DNA of 49,509 nt, from positions 1-49,509 of the forward strand of contig JACNJM010000171.1 of assembly GCA_014382605.1 (NCBI GenBank), given 5' to 3'. Below the pieces are notes generated by a model that did not search any database, was not told the origin of the DNA, and saw nothing but the letters and a program-made list of their open reading frames with translations. Position numbers and translations under genes: made by a program. The stretch is from Anaerolineae bacterium. Lineage in GTDB: Bacteria; Chloroflexota; Anaerolineae; Anaerolineales; UBA11858. Shown here one piece after another: positions 34,251 to 42,635 of the stretch. Position 1 is the first letter of the stretch. Every line of letters begins with the position of its first letter.

Positions 34251-36469
34251 TGTGTGGGTCTCAGTACGGGTTGGGGCTTTATTCTTGCGCCGGTTAGGAA
34301 GCCTTCGGGTAAGGGGATCGGCTCATATTGGGCGCTGGTGCCGATGGAGCCAACGGAGACGAGATAGAGCTGGCTGGCAGCTCCAGCCTCGTAGGGTTGG
34401 TGCGCAAAAATCAGGTAATGCCCATCGGGGCTAAACGCGGGATCGCGATAACAGCATTTGCCGTTGATCGGATTGACTTGTGTATCGGCGCGGTGCAGAT
34501 TGGAGTTGTAAAGATAGAGTTGCCCGAAACCATCATTGCGGGTATAGCTAGTGATTGCATAAAGGTAATTGCCATCGTAGCCAAAATTCTGAATATAGGG
34601 GGTATCTTTGAAATTCTCCATATCGAAGCGCGGCGGCGGAAATTCGTCAAGCAGATCGGGCAAAACCTGGCAACTGCGGGTTTCGTAAATCTTAATCAGA
34701 TCGCCCTGTATGCCGTTGAGCGCGGCCAGCAGCATAATCGACAAACGTGAACCATCTTCCGACCAGCGAACCACTTTGGCGTGAATGATTACCTCAGCGC
34801 CACTGACCATTGGAGCATAAGTTTCGCATTCGCTCATCGCGCGTAAATCAGATGAGAAGCGGGCAACCTGGAGCTGTTCTTTGTCGAAGGGGACGATATA
34901 TAATTCGCGGTTGATCGCGATGGCGGCCTGTGTGCTATCTGGCGAAATGGCAAAGGATTCAAGTTCGCTGGCCGTTTCAAAGCAGGCGATATAATCCAGA
35001 CGGCCCGTTTCATATTCGGCCAGCCAGATGCATTTGCCAGAAATATAGGTCAGGGCTGAACCGTCGGGCGTCCAAGAAAGGTCTGCTTTTTCAGTGCCAT
35101 CAAACGTAATTTGTTCCAGATCGCTGCCATCTACATTCATCACCCAGATATTATTAGTTTCAATAAAAGCGATTTTATCCGCGCCGCCCAGAGTAGGCAA
35201 TTCTGGCGCCGGGGTAAAGGTGGGTTCGGGCGTATTCGTGGGTGGGGCTGCTGCAGTTGCTGTGGCTTGTGCAGGTGCTGGCGTGTTGGTCGTTAACGCA
35301 ACGGCGGTTTCACTGGTGGGGCTGACATCTAGCAGCGGTGCTTCGGTGGTCGCGGCTGGTTCAATTGCAGCCATTGTTGGGGATGCCAGCATTGCCAGAG
35401 GGCCTTGTCCGCGATAGCCCATAAAAGCCGTTGCCAGAAGGATAGCTGCGCCAACGCCGAATAGCAGGAAAGCGCCAATTGCAAGGGGAAGTAAATTGCG
35501 TTTAGGTTTGGCTGCGGCCAATGGAACTGGCGTAGCGAACGGGGGCGGAGTGTGGGGAGGCGGAGTCGATGGGGGTGGGGCAATTTCCGCGGTGGCTTGC
35601 GCGCTGATGCGTGTAGCCGCGACCACGGGTGTTGCTTGCAGGGTGGCATGTCGCTCGCCGCGCAACGCCAATTGCAAAGCCGCCGACATTTCAGCCGCAT
35701 TGGCAAAGCGTTCATCAGGGTCTTTGAGGAGCAATTTTTGCAGCCACAGATCTATCTCGGCGGGAATCTCCGGATTGAGCGTTGTAATATTCGGCACAGG
35801 CTCCAGAATGTGCATCATCATTACTTTAGCCGGAGTTGTGGCCTGGAATGGTGTATGCCCTGTGAGCATGTGATAGAAAATAATCCCCAGAGCATACAAA
35901 TCGCTACGCCCATCCAACCCTTTTTCACCCTGAACTTGTTCAGGACTCATATACGCGGGCGTTCCGATGATATTCTCACCCGTTAGCGTGTGCCCTCCGT
36001 GAGCCAGGCGGGCGATTCCAAAATCAGAAAGATAAGCATTATTATATTGGTCGAAAAGTATATTGCCGGGTTTGAGATCGCGGTGGATAATGCCTTTGGA
36101 ATGTGCAGCATCCAGAGCATCAGCCAATCGGAGAATAATTTTTCCGGCTTCCTGATAGGATAGCGCGCCTTGTTTGAGTTTGTCTGACAGATCCCCGCCG
36201 GACATCATGCGCATAACAATATAGGGTTGCCCATCATCCTCGCCGAAATCGTAAACCGGCACAATTGCTGAGTGTTCCAACGTGGCGACAGTTTTTGCTT
36301 CCCGTTCAAAGCGTGTCCGGAATTGAGGGTCATGCAGGAAGGCGCGTGGCAGAACCTTTAGAGCTACATCGCGCTCAAAATTTGGATCATAGGCCTGGTA
36401 AACCGTCGCCATTCCACCCCGGCCGAGTTCTTTTCTAATTTGATAGCGTCCAATTTTTTCGGGGGACAT
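34247..36469 (-). CDS. Transmembrane Ser/Thr protein kinase with extracytoplasmic beta-propeller domain
   Basis: Hanks kinase motifs GRGGMATVY, VALKV, HRDLKPGNIL, DFG and TPAYMSPEQ. A Pro-rich linker and a TM (LLPLAIGAFLLFGVGAAILLATAF) follow. After a PT/A-rich spacer there is a PD40-like propeller (WTPDGSALTY, FSPDGHYLIF). The stop overlaps the malQ start (ATGA at 34247-34250). Confidence 0.9.
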   Translation of the reverse strand: MSPEKIGRYQIRKELGRGGMATVYQAYDPNFERDVALKVLPRAFLHDPQFRTRFEREAKTVATLEHSAIVPVYDFGEDDGQPYIVMRMMSGGDLSDKLKQGALSYQEAGKIILRLADALDAAHSKGIIHRDLKPGNILFDQYNNAYLSDFGIARLAHGGHTLTGENIIGTPAYMSPEQVQGEKGLDGRSDLYALGIIFYHMLTGHTPFQATTPAKVMMMHILEPVPNITTLNPEIPAEIDLWLQKLLLKDPDERFANAAEMSAALQLALRGERHATLQATPVVAATRISAQATAEIAPPPSTPPPHTPPPFATPVPLAAAKPKRNLLPLAIGAFLLFGVGAAILLATAFMGYRGQGPLAMLASPTMAAIEPAATTEAPLLDVSPTSETAVALTTNTPAPAQATATAAAPPTNTPEPTFTPAPELPTLGGADKIAFIETNNIWVMNVDGSDLEQITFDGTEKADLSWTPDGSALTYISGKCIWLAEYETGRLDYIACFETASELESFAISPDSTQAAIAINRELYIVPFDKEQLQVARFSSDLRAMSECETYAPMVSGAEVIIHAKVVRWSEDGSRLSIMLLAALNGIQGDLIKIYETRSCQVLPDLLDEFPPPRFDMENFKDTPYIQNFGYDGNYLYAITSYTRNDGFGQLYLYNSNLHRADTQVNPINGKCCYRDPAFSPDGHYLIFAHQPYEAGAASQLYLVSVGSIGTSAQYEPIPLPEGFLTGARIKPQPVLRPTQ

Positions 36470-36503
36470 ATTATGGCTTCCCTGTAAAATGTGAAGAGTA
36501 ATG

Positions 36504-36578
36504 ATAACTGCTCAGGCTAACGCCTCCGCAGCGAGAATTCCGAAATATAGGGGTGTGCGTGCGAGGCTGAGCAGTCAC
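36504..36578. mobile_element. MITE-like element, copy B (internally deleted)
   Basis: Perfect 8-bp direct repeat GAGTAATG at 36496-36503 and 36579-36586. TIRs ATAACTGCTCAGGCT / AGGCTGAGCAGTCAC. The interior is nearly identical to the left half of copy A (AACGCCTCCGCAGCGAGAATTCCGAAATATAGGGGTGTGCGTG) but lacks the right palindrome arm. Confidence 0.6.
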
Positions 36579-36635
36579 GAGTAATGTAAATATCAAAGCA
36601 CCTATCACCAGAATTATACAACAAATGTTTGCACC

Positions 36636-36664
36636 TTGCCGAGATAAAGCCAATTCATTACAAT
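36636..36664 (+). promoter_or_regulatory. Candidate promoter of the NusG-paralog / nonulosonic-acid operon
   Basis: TTGCCG (36636-36641), a 17-nt spacer, then TACAAT (36659-36664), 33 nt upstream of ATG 36698 (RBS AAGGTGA). Confidence 0.45.
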
Positions 36665-36697
36665 ACGGGCCTATTTGAAGAAATAAAAAGGTGATCG

Positions 36698-37207
36698 ATG
36701 TCCTTACAGTGGTACGTTTTGCGTAGCAAACCCAAAAAAGAAGATGTTGTATACCAGCAGCTTCGAGCGCAAGAATTCGAGAGCTATTTCCCTCGCATTC
36801 GGGTGCATCCAAAAAATCCGCGCGCACGTAAATATAAACCTTATTTTCCAGGTTATATGTTTGTGCGAATCGATCTCGAAGATGTCGGCATGTCTGTATT
36901 CAAATGGATGCCGCATACCCTGGGATTTGTCACCTTTGACGATCAGCCTGCCGCAGTTCAAGAACACATGATTCGAGATATGCAAGGGCGCATACAAGAA
37001 ATTAACGATGCGGGTGGCGAAGTGTTTGATGGATTGAAAGCCGGTGATGCGATTCGCATCGAGCATGGCCCATTTTCGGGATATGAGGCTGTTTTCGACA
37101 CCCGCCTGCCCGGCACAGAGCGGGTACGCGTGTTATTGCAATTACTAAACGATAAACGCATGATCCCCATGGAATTACGTACTTCGCAAATCCGGAAGAT
37201 GGGCTAG
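36698..37207 (+). CDS. Specialised NusG paralog (RfaH/LoaP/UpxY-like transcription antiterminator)
   Basis: NGN-domain start WYVLRSKPKKEDVVYQQL...YFPGYMFVRI and C-terminal KOW GDAIRIEHGPFSGYEAVF. It is not in the secE-nusG-rplK context. It sits 5 nt upstream of a sugar-biosynthesis operon. Confidence 0.8.
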   Translation: MSLQWYVLRSKPKKEDVVYQQLRAQEFESYFPRIRVHPKNPRARKYKPYFPGYMFVRIDLEDVGMSVFKWMPHTLGFVTFDDQPAAVQEHMIRDMQGRIQEINDAGGEVFDGLKAGDAIRIEHGPFSGYEAVFDTRLPGTERVRVLLQLLNDKRMIPMELRTSQIRKMG

Positions 37208-37212
37208 TTGGG

Positions 37213-37908
37213 ATGATATCTGTCTTGGCGCTTATTCCTGCCCGTGGCGGTTCTAAAGGTGTTCCCAATAAGAATATTGCCCGGGTGGGTGGCAAACCAT
37301 TAGTTGCCTGGACGATCTTAGCTGCCAAGCAGGTAAGATCGGTTGATCGAATTGTAGTGACAACCGATTCGCCTGAGATTGCTCGGGTTGCGAGAGATTA
37401 TCAGGCTGAAGTACCCTTTATACGCCCACCAGAATTAGCGCTGGATGATACCCCCGGGATGCCCCCCATTCTCCATGCTATTCAATGGCTGGAAACTAAT
37501 CAGAGTTATTGTCCAGATTATATAATGTGCCTGCAACCGACATCTCCGTTGCGAAGTTCTCAAGATATTGATGCTGTGATTCGCATCGCACTGGATAAGG
37601 ATGCCGATAGTATTGTCAGCGTTTCCTCCGTACAACAGCACCCACAATGGATGAAATATGTGGATGCTGAAGGGCGCATGGCTGATTATTTTCCGGCTGC
37701 GGATTTGATTATGCGTCGTCAAGATTTGCCGCCGGTTTACGCGCTGAATGGGGCGATATACCTGACGCGTCGTAATATTTTACTCGAAAAAGAAACTTGG
37801 TATGCGCCAGAAACTTATGCCTACATCATGCCACCTGAGCGTTCTATAGATATTGATACGTCCTGGGACCTGTACTTGACCAATTTGCTTTTACTGAATC
37901 AGGAATAA
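37213..37908 (+). CDS. neuA: CMP-nonulosonic acid synthetase (acylneuraminate cytidylyltransferase family; NeuA/LegF-like)
   Basis: ALIPARGGSKGVPNKNI...LQPTSPLR...YALNGAIYL are the typical CMP-NeuAc/CMP-Leg synthetase motifs. Confidence 0.85.
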   Translation: MISVLALIPARGGSKGVPNKNIARVGGKPLVAWTILAAKQVRSVDRIVVTTDSPEIARVARDYQAEVPFIRPPELALDDTPGMPPILHAIQWLETNQSYCPDYIMCLQPTSPLRSSQDIDAVIRIALDKDADSIVSVSSVQQHPQWMKYVDAEGRMADYFPAADLIMRRQDLPPVYALNGAIYLTRRNILLEKETWYAPETYAYIMPPERSIDIDTSWDLYLTNLLLLNQE

Positions 37909-38033
37909 TACGTACGAATGAAATATATTACAATTTCTGATCGCAAAATAGGTGTAGACCAGTATCTTTTTATTTCAAAAAATTCTTCAGTGGAGCCTAG
38001 AATATTTTTGCTCTTCCGCCCAAGGATCAAAAT

Positions 38034-39437
38034 ATGTTAACTGCCAAATCAAAAATTTCCTATGGCGTTGGAATAGTGTTAGTTTTAATTGTTTTTTGGG
38101 TTATTTTTGGGATTAGCATGAACAGTAAATTGCTAGACCCAGAAAATCTTTTTGCAGTCACGCTGATAAGTGAACGTACCTATGGGGAGTTTTGGAGCGA
38201 ATCTACATATTCTCATTTTGTTACCTATCGACCTATTATAGCCACGATATTTAAGCTGGAATATGATCTCTTGGGTTTTAGTCCTAAGGTTCTGAATTTT
38301 ACATCACTGGTTCTGTTAGCTGTGCTTTCCTGCCAAATTTACGATATTGTCTTTAGGCGTTCTAAAAATATGCTGACGGCAGTAATACCGGCTTTATTTT
38401 TCGTTACAGATTGGAGACTTCAAGAGAATGTAGACACTTTTATTGGTGCACAAGATACGTTAGCGGGCATTTTTGGTTTATGGGCATTATGGGTTTTGTG
38501 GTTTAGTCAAACTAAATATAAAGCTGGGATTACATTTTTATTATTACTAGCATCTTTTATGAGTAAAGAATTTGGAATGGCTTTTGCGTTAGCTGTGCTT
38601 GTTTTTGCTTTGTACGAGAAACCAAAACAATGGAAATCAATAGTTATGGCATCTTTTGGTGCAGTTGCGGTTTTCGTTGCGATTAGATTAGTCCTGGGTT
38701 TAATTCCGTTGCCTGGAGAATATCCATCCTTTATGAACAGAGCAAAATGGAGCCTAATTAATATTGCAAGCGGTTTTATTTTTACATTTCTCCCTTCCTT
38801 TACTGGTTCAGATGGAGAGTTGCCCTTATTCAACAATATTAATCTTCCGCCGACGAATCATTTCCAACTGAACGATTCAACGATAATTTTATTTCAGGTT
38901 ATTCCGATTGTGGTTTTGTTTTTATTGGGGTTTAGCAATAAAAAAGAGCGCAAATTATATCTCCCGTTATTTTTTTTGATTATCGGAAATTCTGTACTGT
39001 TTTTCTATAAATATGCTTATCGGTTTCATTTCATAGGAATTATTGGCATGTATTTGATTGTAGGGCTTGGAATTGATTTTCTTTATAATAAATTGACCCG
39101 GAAATTACAATTAGTCGAAATTTCCACCATATTTTTAATACTTTTAGCAATGATATTGCAACAACGTGGTTTATATTTACATGATTATTTCAGGAGCTAT
39201 CTGGAATGGAATGATCCTAGTCAATGCACTAGTGATTTAGGTTATAGTCCGGCAGAAATCGAGAGGTGCTTAACGTATAGGAGTCTCTGCATTCCTACTG
39301 AAGAATATTATTTACGAGAAGATTTTCACGGATATTATTCAGCAACTACACCCGACACTGTACGTTTAGTGATGCAATATTATGAAATTCCTGCTGAATA
39401 CTGTACTTGTTTAAATCCAAGTCCAAAATGTGAATAA
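38034..39437 (+). CDS. Polytopic GT-C-like membrane protein (PMT_2/TMTC-like N-terminal signature) with Cys-rich C-terminal domain; paralog P1
   Basis: 467-aa ORF with AAGGA 7 nt upstream. It has LDPENL...HFVTYRPIIATIFKLEYDLLGFSP...FFVTDWRL, about 11 TM segments, and a C-terminal QC..ERC..LCIPTEEYYL...EYCTCLNPSPKC. It is clearly homologous along its whole length to the ORF at 47874..49310. The DNA is visibly AT-rich (about one-third GC in sampled lines). Confidence 0.7.
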   Translation: MLTAKSKISYGVGIVLVLIVFWVIFGISMNSKLLDPENLFAVTLISERTYGEFWSESTYSHFVTYRPIIATIFKLEYDLLGFSPKVLNFTSLVLLAVLSCQIYDIVFRRSKNMLTAVIPALFFVTDWRLQENVDTFIGAQDTLAGIFGLWALWVLWFSQTKYKAGITFLLLLASFMSKEFGMAFALAVLVFALYEKPKQWKSIVMASFGAVAVFVAIRLVLGLIPLPGEYPSFMNRAKWSLINIASGFIFTFLPSFTGSDGELPLFNNINLPPTNHFQLNDSTIILFQVIPIVVLFLLGFSNKKERKLYLPLFFLIIGNSVLFFYKYAYRFHFIGIIGMYLIVGLGIDFLYNKLTRKLQLVEISTIFLILLAMILQQRGLYLHDYFRSYLEWNDPSQCTSDLGYSPAEIERCLTYRSLCIPTEEYYLREDFHGYYSATTPDTVRLVMQYYEIPAEYCTCLNPSPKCE

Positions 39438-39555
39438 TTCTGAGTTCAATATAAAGTGTAACTTGGAGTGCGATGATGCGCACTTGTTTGTAGAATCAAC
39501 CCATCGAAGCTATATATCCGCCTTTTTTCCGAGAAATGGTTATGGATATAAGTAC

Positions 39556-39666
39556 AGGACTTACGCACTTTCGCAAAAGAAAGCCCGAAAATAGGGGTGT
39601 GTGGGGCGCAAAGCGCCCCACACACCCCTATTTTCGGCATATTTTTCATCGTTTTGCGTAAGTCCT
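39556..39666. repeat. Palindromic repeat element, copy D (own 12-bp TIRs; possible intra-operon terminator)
   Basis: Outer inverted repeat AGGACTTACGCA (39556-39567) / TGCGTAAGTCCT (39655-39666). The inner palindrome has perfect 25-bp arms: CCGAAAATAGGGGTGTGTGGGGCGC-AAA-GCGCCCCACACACCCCTATTTTCGG (39585-39637), followed by CATATTTTT. Confidence 0.6.
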
Positions 39667-39690
39667 AAAGTATATTGCGAGAGTGACGTA

Positions 39691-40746
39691 ATGGTTTCAT
39701 TCATAGAAATTCATGATCGCGTTATTGGGGATGGAAATCCCTGTTTTATCATCGCTGAAGCCGGTGTAAATCATAATGGTGATATTGCTCTGGCGAAAAA
39801 ACTGATAAATGTTGCCGTTGATGCTGGCGCGGATGCGGTTAAATTTCAGACTTTTAAGGCCGATCAATTGGTCAGCCCGGATACACCTAAAGCTGCCTAT
39901 CAGAAAGGAACTACCAGCGGCGCTGAATCTCAATTCGAAATGCTGCGCCGTTTAGAGCTATCTCTCGAAGCGCATCGCGAACTAAAAAATTATTGTTTTG
40001 AGAGTGGTGTTCTGTATATGTCCACTCCCTTTGACGAAACCAGCGCCGATTTTTTAGCTGAACTGGGCCTGGAAGTATATAAAACTTCATCAGGTGATAT
40101 AACCAATTTGCCTCTCTTGACGCATATTGCGTGCAAAGCCAAACCGATGATTATCTCTACTGGAATGGCAACGCTGGAAGAAGTAGATAAAGCTGTACGC
40201 ACGGTACGCGATTCAGGCAACCAGAAGTTGGTGCTATTGCATTGTGTCAGCAACTATCCAACACACCCAGTAGATGTTAATTTGCGTGCCATGCACACAC
40301 TTGCCAGAGAATTTGATGTCCCCGTGGGATTTTCGGATCATACCACTGGGATTGATATCGCCATTGCCGCAGTAGCGTTGGGGGCGAGAGTTCTGGAGAA
40401 ACACTTCACGCTTGATCGTAACCTCCCGGGACCGGATCACCAGGCGTCTGTGGAACCGGATGAATTGACCGCCATGGTTGCCAGCATCCGCCGCGTGGAA
40501 GCCGCGCTGGGCGATGGTATCAAGCAGCCAGTTGCGTCAGAACTCCTCATTGCCGATGTGGGCCGTCGAAGTTTGCATTGGAATGAGATGCTTTCTCCGG
40601 GCACAATCATTGTCCGGGATCATCTGATTGCTCTGCGCCCTGGAACCGGAATATCACCCGCCAGAATAATGGATTTTATAGGCTGTCGTTTGTGCAGGTC
40701 TGTGCAACCGGGCGAGATGGTTTTTGAGGATGATGTGGAAAAATGA
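39691..40746 (+). CDS. neuB: Nonulosonic acid synthase (NeuB/LegI family, with C-terminal SAF domain)
   Basis: CFIIAEAGVNHNGDIALAKKLINVAVDAGADAVKFQTFKA plus HCVSNYPT and FSDHT. ATG 39691 is preferred because the listed start 39601 lies inside repeat D. Confidence 0.9.
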   Translation: MVSFIEIHDRVIGDGNPCFIIAEAGVNHNGDIALAKKLINVAVDAGADAVKFQTFKADQLVSPDTPKAAYQKGTTSGAESQFEMLRRLELSLEAHRELKNYCFESGVLYMSTPFDETSADFLAELGLEVYKTSSGDITNLPLLTHIACKAKPMIISTGMATLEEVDKAVRTVRDSGNQKLVLLHCVSNYPTHPVDVNLRAMHTLAREFDVPVGFSDHTTGIDIAIAAVALGARVLEKHFTLDRNLPGPDHQASVEPDELTAMVASIRRVEAALGDGIKQPVASELLIADVGRRSLHWNEMLSPGTIIVRDHLIALRPGTGISPARIMDFIGCRLCRSVQPGEMVFEDDVEK

Positions 40747-41912
40747 GAACTGTAGGCGTTGTTACCGTCGGGCGCTCGGATTATGGCATTTATTTGCCAC
40801 TATTGCGCGCCATTAAAGCTGATCCTGATTTGCAGTTGCATCTCTTCGTTTCCGGCATGCACCTTTCCCCCGAGTATGGCCTGACCGTTGAAGATATTGA
40901 AGCTGATGGTTTTGAAATCACTTCGCGTGTCGAGATGCTCCTTTCATCCGACACGCCCGAAGGGATTTCAAAATCTATGGGGATGGGCGCACTGGGCTTT
41001 GCTCAAGCTTACACAAACACACGTCCAGACATTTTAGTAGTTTTGGGTGATCGTTTCGAGATGCACGCCGCAGCTCTGGCAGCATTGCCTTTCAAAATAC
41101 CGGTGGCCCATATTCACGGCGGCGAAATCACTCAGGGCGCCATCGATGATGCCCTGCGACACTCGATGACCAAGTTGAGTCATTTGCATTTTGTCAGTAC
41201 GCGAGAATACGCTCAACGGGTAATCCAACTTGGCGAGGAGCCGTGGCGTGTCGTTGTTTCGGGAGCGCCCGGTTTGGACAACTTGGCGCATACACCGTTG
41301 TTGACCCGTGAAGAATTTTTCACGCAGTTTGAAATCCAGTGGGGTGATGCACCATTTCTATTGGTCACCTACCATCCGGTTACATTGGAATATGAGCGCG
41401 CAGAATGGCAGACGGCAGAATTACTGGCGGCACTGGAGATGGTGAACTTGCCCGTGATTTTTACTCAACCCAACGCTGATACGGGGGGGCGCGTCATAGC
41501 GCAAATGATAGCGGATTTTGTTGATGCTCACCCGAATGCTCAATTGATTAATAACTTAGGCACACAGGGTTATTTCAGTGTGATGGCTCATGCAGCAGCT
41601 ATGATTGGCAACTCATCGAGTGGTATTATTGAAGCGGCATCATTCGAACTCCCGGTGGTTAATCTAGGATCACGTCAGGCCGGGCGCGTGCGCGGAGCAA
41701 ATGTCATTGATGTGGATCATCCCCGAGAAGCTGTACTAGAAGGTATTCGGCTGGCGCTTTCGCCGCGCTTCCGCACTGATTTGAGCGGGATGAAGAATCC
41801 CTATAGCGAGGGTGAAGCAGCCCAAACCATCATCACAGCGCTCAAACAGGCCCAGCTCGATGAAAGGTTAATTGTCAAACACTTTTATGATCTGGGGGGG
41901 AAAACCGGATAG
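40743..41912 (+). CDS. neuC: UDP/GDP-N-acetylhexosamine 2-epimerase, hydrolysing (NeuC/LegG family)
   Basis: VVTVGRSDYGIYLPLLRAI...VLGDRFEMHAAALAA...PVAHIHGGE. The start overlaps the neuB stop (ATGA). Confidence 0.88.
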   Translation: MRTVGVVTVGRSDYGIYLPLLRAIKADPDLQLHLFVSGMHLSPEYGLTVEDIEADGFEITSRVEMLLSSDTPEGISKSMGMGALGFAQAYTNTRPDILVVLGDRFEMHAAALAALPFKIPVAHIHGGEITQGAIDDALRHSMTKLSHLHFVSTREYAQRVIQLGEEPWRVVVSGAPGLDNLAHTPLLTREEFFTQFEIQWGDAPFLLVTYHPVTLEYERAEWQTAELLAALEMVNLPVIFTQPNADTGGRVIAQMIADFVDAHPNAQLINNLGTQGYFSVMAHAAAMIGNSSSGIIEAASFELPVVNLGSRQAGRVRGANVIDVDHPREAVLEGIRLALSPRFRTDLSGMKNPYSEGEAAQTIITALKQAQLDERLIVKHFYDLGGKTG

Positions 41913-41984
41913 TTTTTAAAAGTATCATACCTGCGGGCAATTTTGAATTGTTTATTTGGAGTGCGCCATTATAAAGGATATGCT

Positions 41985-42635
41985 ATGGCTGTGAAGGCAA
42001 TCGGATTTGGGGCGGGGGGACACGCCAGGGTTATTATTGAGATTCTGCGTTTTGATGGCTCCTATGATTTGGTGGGACTCCTGGACCCCGGGCCGGAATT
42101 ACGCGGCCTTGACGTTTTGGGTGTCCCTGTTCTAGGAGGCGATGACTTGCTTCCTGAGTTGGTACAGCATGGTATCGTACATTTCTTTGTCGGCCTGGGC
42201 GGTGCGGGCAATAATCTGCCGCGCCAACATCTCTATGAAAAAGCATTGCAACATATCATGCAGCCGCTTCAAGCGATCCATCCTCGCGCTATTATCTCTC
42301 CTTTTGCAGAAATTGGCGTGGGGGCAATAATCATGGCCGGGGCTGTTGTCAACACCTGCTCACGCTTAGGCCAGAATGTGATTGTTAATACCAATGCAGT
42401 TGTTGAACATGATTGTATAATCGGAGATCATGTGCATATTGCCCCAGGCGCGTTGTTGGCGAGCGCGGTTCGAGTGGAGAGTGGCGCACATGTTGGCATT
42501 GGTGCAGTTATCCACCAAGGGCTTACGATTGGTGAGAAGGCTGTTATCGGAGCTGGAGCGGTGGTAGTGGAAGATGTTTTACCCAATACGGTTGTGGTGG
42601 GTGTTCCGGCACGTCGTTTATACGGAGAAAAGTAG
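41985..42635 (+). CDS. Sugar N/O-acetyltransferase, NeuD/PglD/LegH-like (left-handed beta-helix)
   Basis: The N-terminal Rossmann-like segment is IGFGAGGHARVIIEILRFDGSYDLVGLLD. Hexapeptide repeats IGDHVHIAPGALLASAVRVESGAHVGIGAVI follow. AAAGGA lies upstream of ATG 41985. Confidence 0.75.
   Translation: MAVKAIGFGAGGHARVIIEILRFDGSYDLVGLLDPGPELRGLDVLGVPVLGGDDLLPELVQHGIVHFFVGLGGAGNNLPRQHLYEKALQHIMQPLQAIHPRAIISPFAEIGVGAIIMAGAVVNTCSRLGQNVIVNTNAVVEHDCIIGDHVHIAPGALLASAVRVESGAHVGIGAVIHQGLTIGEKAVIGAGAVVVEDVLPNTVVVGVPARRLYGEK

Noticed and set aside
15287-39637. Possibility that the repeated palindromes form a CRISPR array.
   Set aside because: The copies are kilobases apart and each is a self-complementary hairpin rather than a direct repeat. 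There is no regular repeat-spacer periodicity and no cas genes.
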